Positions 39,550 through 49,650 of a DNA stretch of 64,000 nucleotides are shown here, one piece after another. A program made the position numbers and the translations under genes. Numbering within the stretch: the first letter of the stretch is position 1; each line of letters opens with the position of its first letter. The DNA lies in contig JBHLOY010000001.1 of the NCBI GenBank assembly GCA_048939995.1, forward strand, positions 128,001-192,000. The letters are read 5' to 3'. The notes below the pieces were generated by a model. That model did not search any database and was not told the DNA's origin. It was given only the letters and a program-made list of their open reading frames with translations. The DNA comes from Promethearchaeota archaeon. GTDB lineage: Archaea; Asgardarchaeota; Lokiarchaeia; Sigyniarchaeales; SOKP01.

Positions 39550-41084
39550 CTAATTTTTTTCATTTTTTAACTGAATTATTTCAGATAAAGTTTTATTACA
39601 ACTTTTTTTCTTAATTGGAGCTGAAATATTCCATTCATTCATTAATTTACGTAAGGTCTTAATATTTACCTCCAAACCATTAGCTACGTCTTGGACAGAA
39701 AATCTATCAACCAAAAATTGAAGATTATTTTCATTTTCTACTTTTGACTTTAGAAGATCATAAGCCTCACGATAAGTATCAAAATATCTCCTTTTCCTTT
39801 CAAGGGAATCGACACAATTTTCAGTACTACTTATCATTTCATTGAATAAAACCGCTCCTAATGAGAGTTCCCATACTATCCTTCGAGATTTGATAATGTC
39901 ATCCGGTGATGGTTCATTTTTAACATAGACTTTGTATTTAATGTCAAAGACATCCTTTATTTTATCTAAAAACCATTTTTCCGATGAACAAATCTTTGTA
40001 GTCCCCTCTATCCTATCGGCATCATATACACCTAATAACCAAGATAAAGCATGTTCTCTATTATTTTCATTAAGATTCAATACAAAGTCGGGAATTTCCT
40101 TAAATTTAATTCTTTCTAAATCTTTAAATAAAGGTTTACATGTAAATTGTACATTTATAAGTGTGAATTTCTTTTTCTCTCCATGATAATCAATTATTCT
40201 TTCTCTTTCATTCAATTTATTTTTAGGGTTTAATCCTAAGACTTCACAAAATTTTAATAAATGAATTTTGTCCTAAATAAAAAGCCTAACCAATATGCTT
40301 TATCTTTTGTATTTATTCTTTTAAAATAATCATATTTTAGCTTTGGTTCCTTTACTTGCCACTGCTGATGTGAATAATCTTTTAAATTAGGATTACATTT
40401 TTGATACTTCTCAACTATTTTTGAACTTATTCCAATCTCTTTATTAGAGGATAATAAATTCTCTTCTAACATCTTGATTTGTTTCTTAGAAAACTTATAA
40501 TCAGGATTGTATCCAGAATTATTCGGATTTTTCAGTCTCCCAAAAATATGTTTTAAGAATTCCTTCCCTCTACCAAAATATTTAATACTTACATATTCTC
40601 GAAGTTTTGTAATAGAAAGTGAATCTAGATTTGGATCTACTTGTACCACTGCTTTAAGTAAGTCATTGATGAAATTATCTGTGGGGTATTTTCCAATTTT
40701 TTTTGGCTGACTTTCAAGATCATAATTAATATTGCTAATTTTTACACCCCTTTTGATAGGTACATCTCTATTTTCCTTTCTTTTCGATATCGTATTTTTA
40801 TCTTCAGAATCTCCCATCCAATGAATCGAATCACATTTCTTTACTTTTTTCTCTTGAGAGCCTTTATTTATCCAATCTATCTTATCAAACTTAGTTGTAT
40901 TTTTCTCATTAGGAGCATTATTTACCCAATCTATCTTATCAAATTTACTCTCTTTGTCTACTCTCTCTCTTTTTTTATTATCTTTCAATATTTTTTCTTC
41001 ATTATCATCATTATAATCAACCACAATATCATTATCTGTTTTATTTTTCTTAACAGAGTTATTGTTCTTTGTTTTAAAACTCAT
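39550..41084 (-). pseudogene. Decayed free-standing double-motif LAGLIDADG endonuclease (track ORFs 40254..41084 and 39550..40215)
   Basis: DYFKRINTKDKAYWLGFLF is truncated before the expected ADG; frame change at ~40274 continues DKIHLLKFCEVLG; second motif WLLGVYDADR; C-terminal HTH-like SVQDVANGLEVNIKTLRKLM. Confidence 0.75.
40818..40946 (-). repeat. Three 54-bp (18-aa) tandem repeats, KFDKIDW-type
   Basis: KFDKIDWVN / KFDKIDWIN / KCDSIHWMG; CCAATCTATCTTATCAAA identical in two copies. Confidence 0.85.
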
Positions 41085-41124
41085 TTTTTTTTAACCATTT
41101 TCTCTTTTTATTTTTAATTTAAAA

Positions 41125-41520
41125 CTAAAAATTAAGGAATGAATCCTTATCATTAGCTGTTTTACATAAGTATCGCTCACTTTCGTTTAATACTAAGGCG
41201 TATCTATTTCGAAGGCTAAGGAGCATGTCCCTTTCCCTCAAATTTCCTGTAAAAATCTCGTTACTAGGATAGCCTAAGCGGAAAAGAATTTTCGTTCTTG
41301 CAGAATCTATGGCGCTATCATAGAGAAGATATGGTCTTTGTTCCGAAATAATGTACCCTAAACCTTTTGCGTCACATTCCTCAATATTGTTTGAAAAATA
41401 GCTATTAAAAGTATTTTTCATAATGAATTCTGCTGATTCGGGAACTCTTCGCTAGTCACTCTTACCCCATTCCTCTCTAGTTTCACTACTTTTAGTCCGA
41501 ACTTCCTCAATTTCAGCCAT
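41125..41520 (-). pseudogene. Hypothetical gene with in-frame TAG at codon 23
   Basis: ATG 41520 MAEIEEVRTKSSETREEWGKSD*RRVPESAEFI continues in frame into track ORF 41125..41421. Confidence 0.55.
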
Positions 41521-41683
41521 ATTGATATTATAGAACCTCTATATTTAAAGAAAAAACCTTCTCAAAAAAAACCATTAATTCTCTTAATTAGGATATAACT
41601 GGTATGAAAAAATTGAAGAATTAATTGATTTTAATAATAACGAGTTTGAATTTGCAAGATAAAAAATCAATTCTCAACGATAA

Positions 41684-42208
41684 ATGCTAAAATATTATAA
41701 ATCATTAGAATTTCTTCTACATAAATGTATAAGAGTAAGTAGCGAAAATCTAATGAAAAAACCAAAAGCATTAAAAATAAAATCTATTTTCAGTGATAAA
41801 AAAACATTTTTCTGTGGAGAATGTGGATCAGCCATTAAATTACTAGATAAAACCTGTAAGAAATGTGGGTTCCAAAATAAAGTCAGAATAATGGCTATCC
41901 AAGAATTAGAGTCAAGGGAGATAAATATTAAACATGATTTAGATAGACTTGTAAGAGAAATGAAATCTAAATGGTTAATTGCACAATCTGTACAATTGAA
42001 AGAAATGGAAATAGATTTATTAATGGAAGCGGCTCGGAAAATTAAATTAAGAAGGGTGCAACTAGAAATAGGAAGTATCCCAGAAGATAGAATAAGGTGG
42101 GTAAAATCCCAATATCATGAAAAAAATAGAACTATCCAAGAAATCGCTGATGATCTAGGTGAAACCATGATCATCGTGAGGAAATACGTTGATTCTAATG
42201 TACAATAG
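41684..42208 (+). CDS. Zn-ribbon + HTH hypothetical protein
   Basis: CGECG...CKKCG; RTIQEIADDLGETMIIVRKYV. Confidence 0.7.
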   Translation: MLKYYKSLEFLLHKCIRVSSENLMKKPKALKIKSIFSDKKTFFCGECGSAIKLLDKTCKKCGFQNKVRIMAIQELESREINIKHDLDRLVREMKSKWLIAQSVQLKEMEIDLLMEAARKIKLRRVQLEIGSIPEDRIRWVKSQYHEKNRTIQEIADDLGETMIIVRKYVDSNVQ

Positions 42209-42359
42209 AATTATAAAGAGTCTTTGGATTTAAATATAATAAAGTAACTTTCCAAAAGAAAAGAGGTTAGAGAAAACTACTTCTTCTAGAAAAATTAATT
42301 AAAGACGTTAAGGTTTTTGTCAATTAGATCTATAGATGAAACAATTTTAAGATAGAAAA

Positions 42360-42608
42360 ATGATTTGTCCAAATTGTAAGAATCAAGTTGTCCCAGAAAG
42401 GATATATATGAAACCTATAAAGGATTATTGGATTCTGGGCAGTCCTCAATGTCACATTTTACTTTATGAAGAGATTGTATATACTACTGAAAAGAGTAGA
42501 AAAATGGCAGAGTTAAAGAAAGAATTAAAAAGAAGGGGATTCGATAATTCTGTTTTAAAAGAATTAGATAGTAAGAAAAAAAGAGAAGTTAATAATAAAA
42601 ATCCCTGA
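42360..42608 (+). CDS. Small Zn-ribbon-like hypothetical protein, possibly degenerate
   Basis: MICPNC...GSPQCH (second CxxC lacks its first Cys). Confidence 0.45.
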   Translation: MICPNCKNQVVPERIYMKPIKDYWILGSPQCHILLYEEIVYTTEKSRKMAELKKELKRRGFDNSVLKELDSKKKREVNNKNP

Positions 42609-42751
42609 TCGAATACGATGGCAACCCGAATTAATATAGATGATTTGCTTAGAAACACTCAAGTAAGACGGTATGATATTCTGGCTTTAAGTGAAGATTT
42701 TAGTAGAATCACTGTGGTTTAACTTTTTAATTGGACAGTTGTTATATATTT

Positions 42752-43213
42752 TTAATTCAATAATTTTTTAGAATTTCCTTTAAGATCTAGGTACAATTCT
42801 CCCTTATTCTCCAATAATAAGTTGAATATTCCATTGACTTGTTTTTGAAAGTTAATTATTTCGCCATTTTTATCAGTAAATTCAATTACAACTTTTCTCT
42901 CTAAAAATTCATGAAATACTTGTTGGATATTATAAATATTTACTCGCGTTTCCATGAAAAAATCTAATAAATGATGTAGATAAAAAGCTTTAACATATGA
43001 TTGTTCTTTGCTATATTTCTTTTCTAAATCTTTATAATGAAAAAATTTTAACTGTTTCAAGACAATAGAATCTTCTTCATCAAATAAGTGTTTTAATTTC
43101 TCGTTAAAGGTCCACTCTGTACCATAGTCAATATTTCTATCCACAAAATTAGCGATTAAGCGATCTATTCCTGCTTTATCTGTCCATTTATTATGAATAA
43201 CCCAGTTTGGTAT
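42752..43213 (-). CDS. Hypothetical putative metal-binding helical protein; probable ATA start at 43213
   Basis: (M)PNWVIHNKW...VDRNID...FYLHHLLD; frame extends 23 codons upstream of the track's GTG. Confidence 0.65.
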   Translation of the reverse strand: MPNWVIHNKWTDKAGIDRLIANFVDRNIDYGTEWTFNEKLKHLFDEEDSIVLKQLKFFHYKDLEKKYSKEQSYVKAFYLHHLLDFFMETRVNIYNIQQVFHEFLERKVVIEFTDKNGEIINFQKQVNGIFNLLLENKGELYLDLKGNSKKLLN

Positions 43214-43363
43214 GCTAATAACCTTTTTGAAGAAATTTCTAATATATTTGTCTAAAAATTAACGTAAAAAATAAATCTTAAGATTCAAAGATAATAAAAA
43301 TAATGAAATATGGATTGTTCATTGTAATAACTATATCAGAAAAAGAATTAGTTCGGAACTATT

Positions 43364-44188
43364 ATGGTAAGAAGTAGGTCATCATTTCCAAACGAAGGGG
43401 AATTTGTGGTTGGAAGAGTTAATCATATTGAAGATCAATATGTTTATATAGATTTATTAGAGTATGAAGGGCTTTCATCGGAAAATAATGCAAGAGGTAT
43501 GGTTCATATAAGTGAAGTATCAAGTAGGTGGATTAAAAATATAAGAAGGTTTGTTAGAATTAATCAGATAGTCGTTGCAAGGGTTTTAAGGGTAGATCCT
43601 TCTAAAGGTCATATTGATTGCTCATTAAGAAGAGTAAATTCTGCCCAACGAGCAAAAAAGAAAAAGGAATTTAAGTATAAAATAAAATTTGATAATCTCT
43701 TACAAATTTTAACTGAAAATGAGGATATACATCTTAATTTGGATGAAGCTTATGAGCAAGTTGGTTGGCCACTTGTTGATCAATATATTGATTTCCAAGA
43801 AACGGTTGAGGCATTAAAAGAAAATGGGGAAGAAGTAATGAATAGTTTGAAGAGTGTTCCTGAAAATATAAAGAATGAATTCATTAAAATTGTTGATGAT
43901 AATGTTGAAATCTCAACCGTTAATATCACTGGAAAAATAAAATTAATGAACACTGATGGAGACGGAATCGAAAAGATTAAAGAAGCATTATTAGATGTAA
44001 AGAAGATTGTGCAAAAGCCAAAAGAAACTAGAAAATTAAGTTTATCTTACATAGGTGCCCCTTTCTATAGATTAGAGATAATTTCTAAGGATTATCTAGA
44101 TGCTGAAAACATACTTTCTGATGCTCTTGAAATTTTAGAGCAAAGATCAAAAACTACAAACACTTCTTATGAATTTATTAGAGATTAA
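43364..44188 (+). CDS. eif2a: Translation initiation factor 2 alpha subunit
   Basis: FPNEGEFVVG, HISEVSSRWIKNIR, VLRVDPSKGHIDCSLRRV, YIGAPFYR. Confidence 0.95.
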   Translation: MVRSRSSFPNEGEFVVGRVNHIEDQYVYIDLLEYEGLSSENNARGMVHISEVSSRWIKNIRRFVRINQIVVARVLRVDPSKGHIDCSLRRVNSAQRAKKKKEFKYKIKFDNLLQILTENEDIHLNLDEAYEQVGWPLVDQYIDFQETVEALKENGEEVMNSLKSVPENIKNEFIKIVDDNVEISTVNITGKIKLMNTDGDGIEKIKEALLDVKKIVQKPKETRKLSLSYIGAPFYRLEIISKDYLDAENILSDALEILEQRSKTTNTSYEFIRD

Positions 44189-44204
44189 GCGAATCTGAAA
44201 AAAA

Positions 44205-44396
44205 ATGACAAAATATCTTAAAAAATGCAAAGAATGCAATAGATATAACTTACACAATCCAGAATCTAAATGTATGTATTGTGGAGGAGAACTAATAAAT
44301 CCCCATCCGGCTAAATTTTCATTAACAGATAAGTATGGAAAATACCGTATTCAGTATTTTAAAGAAGAATTTAAGAAAAAGTATAAACAAGATTAA
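44205..44396 (+). CDS. nop10: H/ACA RNP protein Nop10
   Basis: KC..C.RY.L...C..CGG...PHPAKFSLTDKYGKYR; follows aIF2alpha. Confidence 0.93.
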   Translation: MTKYLKKCKECNRYNLHNPESKCMYCGGELINPHPAKFSLTDKYGKYRIQYFKEEFKKKYKQD

Positions 44397-45070
44397 GAAA
44401 TGTCTATTTTTTCAGCTACTTTTTCATTTATAAAAATCACAGCATTTTTATCAGGTAAGTTTGCAACATCATTTTTCTCAAAGGGGCCATAATTAATAAG
44501 GTCAATCCCCACGATAGCCTCTGCTTTTTTAAGAAACCTAATAAGTGTATAATTATAGCTTACTTCCCTTTCTTTGATTTTTGCCTCTTTAAGTAACTTA
44601 AGTTCTTTAGATTCGATTTCTTCTGCTTTTTCTAAGTCGAATTCATTATCTAAAACAGTAGGCTTTATTGTCTTATCAAAAATTTCTTCGAGTGTATAGT
44701 GATTTTCACCTAATGAAAGGTTTTTTACTTTTTCATAACCCTTGAACGTACTTATCAGGTTTTGATAAAGGAATCTCTCAGATTCGAGTAGATCTTCCAA
44801 ATTAACTTCTTGATTTGCCAATGCAGCACCTATAATTTTATTTTTCCTAATTTCTAAAAGATCATTAAATAAAAAATTTATATTAATCTTATAGGATTCA
44901 ATTAGTTGGAATTGAATTTTATCATTTTTATCAACTTGAAATGAGGTAATGTCAGCTAATAACTTGTTATAATCTTTAAAATCTACTTGCTTTAAACGGG
45001 TTAAATTTGCTTCTTCAAATTCTTTAAGCCAGTGTTGATAAAACTTCGTATATTCACGTTTTAAATCCAT
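44393..45070 (-). CDS. gins15: GINS subunit Gins15/Gins51
   Basis: Helical A domain (R.NKII..A, LLESERFLY) + B domain LIRFLK....IVGIDLINYGPF...DVANLP; downstream of priS. Confidence 0.88.
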   Translation of the reverse strand: MDLKREYTKFYQHWLKEFEEANLTRLKQVDFKDYNKLLADITSFQVDKNDKIQFQLIESYKININFLFNDLLEIRKNKIIGAALANQEVNLEDLLESERFLYQNLISTFKGYEKVKNLSLGENHYTLEEIFDKTIKPTVLDNEFDLEKAEEIESKELKLLKEAKIKEREVSYNYTLIRFLKKAEAIVGIDLINYGPFEKNDVANLPDKNAVIFINEKVAEKIDIS

Positions 45071-45151
45071 AGTTCTGGAACTTTGGTTCTATTTATAGAA
45101 AATATTTATAGCTTTAGAATATTCTACACTTTTTTAATAAAAAAGTTTTCC

Positions 45152-46432
45152 TTATATTTTTATTGCAACTTCTTTACATAAAAGGAATACAGCAAAATGG
45201 TGAGGAACTTCCACTATTTCACCTTTTTCAAAAGGTCCATATTTTTTTCCTTTTAATTCTGTTAAAGGTACTAGTTCTTCGACGATTTCTAACTTTTGAG
45301 TTACATTGTCATCTACCTTAAAAACTATTGGATCAAGATTATCAGTTTCTTCATTTAATGGATTGAAGTTATTGAGGTGATTAATGTCTACCTCTTGAAC
45401 TTTAAATCCTGTTTTCCCATGAAGTGAGCCAGGATACCTGATCAATCTATGTATATCTATAGTAACAGGCTCATCAATTTGAACTCCAACATTTTTAATT
45501 ATACCCTTTAAAAATTTCGTCCATTGATCTATAGTATGAAAGCCTTCAATAGACCAAACTCTACCTTCACGGGATAAAATATTATTCCTGACCAATTCTT
45601 TTGAATCTAAAAAGCTTTTGACTTGGTTTTTAGTAAATTCATTTTCAAATAGAAAATGTTCAATATCTAAATCTGTTTTTGATAATAGATTCTCAAATCC
45701 ACTTAATATTTTATGAGGCCATCCAATACTCTCCCTTGAAAAGCCAAAAATATTTCCACTCCTAACACTTAAACCTAAAATATCTAATGATATGTTAGTT
45801 CCCGTGATATAGTCTGCAATCTCTCTTCTTTCATTACTTGAAAGATTTCTAATTTTGCTACTATCTATTTTTAAATGATAACCCCTATGTCCCGAAAATG
45901 TTACTTTTAATTGTTCAATAGTTATCCCAAAATCTGGTATTAAGAAGTCATAGATTAATTTTTTGATTTCTTGTTTAGCTCTATTTAAGCAAGATTCACA
46001 TATCCAAGCTATTCTTTTTATTTTTAATGAACCACATTTAGAACACTTTTCAGTCATACCTTTATCTATTTTGTTGCATTCCTTGCATATCCAAATATCA
46101 TGCTCTTCTTTGCATGGAGTATAAAAATGATCTACATCAATATCAAATATTAAATCACAGCCTTGATACCCTTTTAACTGCATCTCTGGGAAATCAGGTT
46201 TCTGGTAAATTGTTCCGCTGGAAAATACATGTTTAGGAGATTCTTTAACTAAATAATCTCGTAAAAACTCATCAGACTCAAATCCAACATGCCGGATCAT
46301 TATGTCTTTATCCCAAGGAATGAATCCAAATTCGCGTTGATTAAAAGAACTTACAATTGGAATCTGAGTCTTGTATTCATTATAATAAGCTTTAAATAGT
46401 CTTTTTAAGAAGATATTAGTTTTTGTATTCAT
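45152..46432 (-). CDS. priS: DNA primase small (catalytic) subunit
   Basis: REFGF, DLIFDID, FSGHRGYH, IDEPVTIDIHRLIRYPGSLHGKTG. Confidence 0.96.
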   Translation of the reverse strand: MNTKTNIFLKRLFKAYYNEYKTQIPIVSSFNQREFGFIPWDKDIMIRHVGFESDEFLRDYLVKESPKHVFSSGTIYQKPDFPEMQLKGYQGCDLIFDIDVDHFYTPCKEEHDIWICKECNKIDKGMTEKCSKCGSLKIKRIAWICESCLNRAKQEIKKLIYDFLIPDFGITIEQLKVTFSGHRGYHLKIDSSKIRNLSSNERREIADYITGTNISLDILGLSVRSGNIFGFSRESIGWPHKILSGFENLLSKTDLDIEHFLFENEFTKNQVKSFLDSKELVRNNILSREGRVWSIEGFHTIDQWTKFLKGIIKNVGVQIDEPVTIDIHRLIRYPGSLHGKTGFKVQEVDINHLNNFNPLNEETDNLDPIVFKVDDNVTQKLEIVEELVPLTELKGKKYGPFEKGEIVEVPHHFAVFLLCKEVAIKI

Positions 46433-47610
46433 TTTTTCTTTTTACTATAAGAGTCAATACCTTTTATTCTACTTATAAATTGTTTATATTGGAGATAGAA
46501 TAATGGATGAGTTATTTTCTTATTTAATTTATCTTTTTTAGAAGTAAATCCATTTAGACATAAATCATCTTTATATTTAATAGCCATACATAAGTTTAAA
46601 GATTTTAACGATGAACAAGAATGTGGCACATAACCTTTTTTTTTAGCAAATTCCACTTGATATTTTGTCTTTTCACGATCAAAATCTGGTAATGTAGAAA
46701 AAACATCAATTATCTTCTCAATAGGATATTCTAATGCATGTAAGAAAAATACAAGGAACAATCTTTCAATATGAATTAAATTTTGATGGTCTTGTGCTTT
46801 ATTCAATATTTCTTTTATGCATGGAGGGAAGTTAAATAAAACATCTTTACCTTCTTGATATGTTAGATTAATTGAATATTCAAAACTCTCTTTTTTCAAA
46901 TCCCATAAATGTAAGATATTATCGTATAATTCTTTAAAATCCTTAACTTCTAGCATTTTTTGTTTGAACTTTTCTATTGATTTTTTATTATCTTTTTCTA
47001 TATCTAAGAATTTATTTCTCACATACTCTTGTAGAAGTCTAGCTAAAGTTCTTTTTTGTACATATATATAACCATTTTCTAAAGGGTTATTTATCAACCT
47101 TCTATAGTCATCTTTCAAATTAATCGACAATTTCAAATAATCAAGGAAATAGATTAAAAAATTAGTTTTTAATTCTTCATGTTGATCTTTATCGTAAATT
47201 ATCCTGAAAGTTTTTTTATTTTCAAGATATTTGATATTAATATTTAAGTCTTGACATATGTAGAAGAGGTTAGAATCGCCTTCATTTTTTAGTTTAGAAT
47301 AGATGAGTTTAGAATAAAGATTGGCGATTCTATTTGTAATTCTATTATCAGAAAATATATATATAAGAATCCTTAAAATTAAGTACAGTTCAACACTGAT
47401 TCTATCAAGATTAAAATCAGCTATCTCTTCAAGATTTTCAAAAGCAGCAGCAAAGAATTTAGATATCATTTCATATAGATTTATTTGAGGATATTTTAAA
47501 AAAACTCTAGAAATAAAATCTTCTGGATTCTGAGGTGCCAAATCTTTGTGATACTTCTCAAATGAATTAAGCCATGGATAATCAATTGTTAAGTGTAAGA
47601 GAGTCTCCAT
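46429..47610 (-). CDS. priL: DNA primase large subunit
   Basis: YPWL, L.NGYIY, FPPCI, HIERLFL, PDFD...T.YQV, CSSLKSLNLC. Confidence 0.92.
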   Translation of the reverse strand: METLLHLTIDYPWLNSFEKYHKDLAPQNPEDFISRVFLKYPQINLYEMISKFFAAAFENLEEIADFNLDRISVELYLILRILIYIFSDNRITNRIANLYSKLIYSKLKNEGDSNLFYICQDLNINIKYLENKKTFRIIYDKDQHEELKTNFLIYFLDYLKLSINLKDDYRRLINNPLENGYIYVQKRTLARLLQEYVRNKFLDIEKDNKKSIEKFKQKMLEVKDFKELYDNILHLWDLKKESFEYSINLTYQEGKDVLFNFPPCIKEILNKAQDHQNLIHIERLFLVFFLHALEYPIEKIIDVFSTLPDFDREKTKYQVEFAKKKGYVPHSCSSLKSLNLCMAIKYKDDLCLNGFTSKKDKLNKKITHPLFYLQYKQFISRIKGIDSYSKKKK

Positions 47611-47699
47611 TTTTCCAAATCCTCATTTGAAATTTGTTTCAGGTTAAATAGTTGAGTAGAAATTAAATAAGTTATGAGTAAGAAGGATTATTAAAAAAC

Positions 47700-48527
47700 T
47701 TAGAACTCATCAAATTCATCCATATCCTCATTTTCTTGAAATTCATCTTTATCAACGCGAGGAGCAAGGAAATAGTACAATATTCCTCCATTCAAAAGAT
47801 TAAATATCATTTTTAATGGATAATCAGTTTTGAGAAAAATATCTAATTTTTCTGTGATGGAAGCAAGCTTAAGTATTTTTTTTAAGAAAGATATTGAATA
47901 TGCACCAATTTCCGTTTCTTCTATCTTCTTTTCGGGGAGATCATTTAATTCAATATTATATTCCATTTCTCCAATTTGACCGGAGGAATTAAACGTTAAT
48001 CCACTACTTTCGTCAACTTTTATGTTTAATATATCAGAATATATCTCCGCATCTTTTATAGCGTCTACTAATAGATCTGGAGAGAAATCTGGAGGTGTCA
48101 TGGCCCATGTAGCAAGATATTCAATCTGCTGTAATTTATCAATGGAAACCTCTTCTCTGGTTGTTCCTAATACTGATAAACTAAATGTACGAACACGATT
48201 GGAGTTTTTATTTTTCATTTTAATTTTTATTTTCTGATCACTTTCTTGGAATTGTATCTCAATCGAATCATCCACGGTACTTCTTTTTAAAATCTTATCT
48301 AGGTCATCAATATTTAGACTAATTTTTTGTTGTTTAACACATTTATAATCATCAAACTTATCTTTATCCATTGTAAATTTTATTAAACTAACCATACTCT
48401 CGTCATAGGAGGTAATTTCAAAGTCTTTTGAATTGACTTTAAATTCACTTTCATCGCTAAAACTTGCAAAGGTTTCAATAATTCCTCTTAAAATCCGACT
48501 ATCTTCTAATTTTAGTGAAAATGACAT
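47700..48527 (-). CDS. pcn: PCNA sliding clamp
   Basis: D...VSL, LDKILKR, YSISFLKKI, DYPLK, YFLAPRV. Confidence 0.93.
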   Translation of the reverse strand: MSFSLKLEDSRILRGIIETFASFSDESEFKVNSKDFEITSYDESMVSLIKFTMDKDKFDDYKCVKQQKISLNIDDLDKILKRSTVDDSIEIQFQESDQKIKIKMKNKNSNRVRTFSLSVLGTTREEVSIDKLQQIEYLATWAMTPPDFSPDLLVDAIKDAEIYSDILNIKVDESSGLTFNSSGQIGEMEYNIELNDLPEKKIEETEIGAYSISFLKKILKLASITEKLDIFLKTDYPLKMIFNLLNGGILYYFLAPRVDKDEFQENEDMDEFDEF

Positions 48528-48698
48528 TTTTAATCCGTTCTTTTATTTTAATAGTTATAATGATTTGATATTAATATCTTTTTTACCACACTGTTTATAA
48601 AATTCAGTATTAGAGGTTTAATAATAGAAAATTTTAATATTTCAATTATTTATTATTAATAATCTTCAATTTTTAAATCTATATAAATAGAAAATTTA

Positions 48699-49040
48699 AT
48701 GATTTGTATGGAATATAATAGAAAAGACCAACCCTATGCAAAACAGAGAATGATAAAAGACATTTTTGATGAAGATTTACGAATTCAAGTTACAGGTTAT
48801 TTTAAGGAAAAAATTGATGAGAATTTAATTGTTTTAAATGATCAAACAGGAGATATTAAAGTAAATCTTAAGGATGTTGACTTTAAGTTCAAACAAAATG
48901 ATTTAATAAATGTAATTGGTGATTTGATTATAAAAGTGAACGGAGAGAAAGAACTTGAAGCCGAGATTATACAGAATATGAATAGTCTCAATTTTGAATA
49001 TTATAAAAAAATCTATGAGATTAAAAAGGAGTTAGTCTAA
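48699..49040 (+). CDS. Small single OB-fold protein (RPA small-subunit-like)
   Basis: IQVTG, LNDQTGDIKV, DLINVIG, AEIIQ...LNFEYY. Confidence 0.65.
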   Translation: MICMEYNRKDQPYAKQRMIKDIFDEDLRIQVTGYFKEKIDENLIVLNDQTGDIKVNLKDVDFKFKQNDLINVIGDLIIKVNGEKELEAEIIQNMNSLNFEYYKKIYEIKKELV

Positions 49041-49240
49041 AAATTTTTGTATTTCTAATGTATAACCATTAGGATCTTGAAAGAATAAATGGATATATAT
49101 TGAACTTTTGATTTAAATTTGGGGGATTGGAAATTTATAGACCTGAATTTAGAAGTTTTTTATATTAATATGATTAATCCATAAATTTTTTAAAGATAAT
49201 AATTTAGTGATTTAAATTAACTAAATTAGGTTCCTTTAAA

Positions 49241-49579
49241 ATGGTTGATTTTTGTCCAGATTGTTCGAGTCTTTTAAGGAAAAAAACTGAAGATGGAAGA
49301 GTTTATCTTTTTTGTAAATGCGGTTATCAAAGAGAAGCAAAGAAAAAGGCAGATGATACTGAAAGAATCATAAATAAAAAGAAAAAAGATTTGGAAAAAA
49401 AATTATTAATATTATCTGAAGAAGATAAAATCTCTATTCATGTTAAAGTAAACGAAATTTGTCCTAAGTGTGGGCATACTAAGGCAGAGGCTTGGCAAAG
49501 GCAGATCAGAAGTGCAGATGAGCCAAGTACCTCTTTCTTTAAGTGTCTTAAATGTAAATATACATGGAGGAAAAATTGA
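49241..49579 (+). CDS. tfs: Transcription factor S
   Basis: FCPDC...CKCG; CPKCG...Q.RSADEP.T.FFKC.KC.YTWR. Confidence 0.92.
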   Translation: MVDFCPDCSSLLRKKTEDGRVYLFCKCGYQREAKKKADDTERIINKKKKDLEKKLLILSEEDKISIHVKVNEICPKCGHTKAEAWQRQIRSADEPSTSFFKCLKCKYTWRKN

Positions 49580-49595
49580 TTATATATATTTAAAT

Positions 49596-49617
49596 TCGTG
49601 AAAGTTTAGTTTCACGA
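49596..49617. terminator. Hairpin between convergent tfs and DUF885 genes
   Basis: TCGTGAAA-GTTTAG-TTTCACGA, perfect 8-bp inverted repeat. Confidence 0.45.
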
Positions 49618-49650
49618 TAATTTTCTGAAAAGTCAAGCAATATTAGATAG

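Noticed and set aside
40818-40946. CRISPR-like array
   Set aside because: Only three degenerate in-frame coding repeats; no cas genes or leader.
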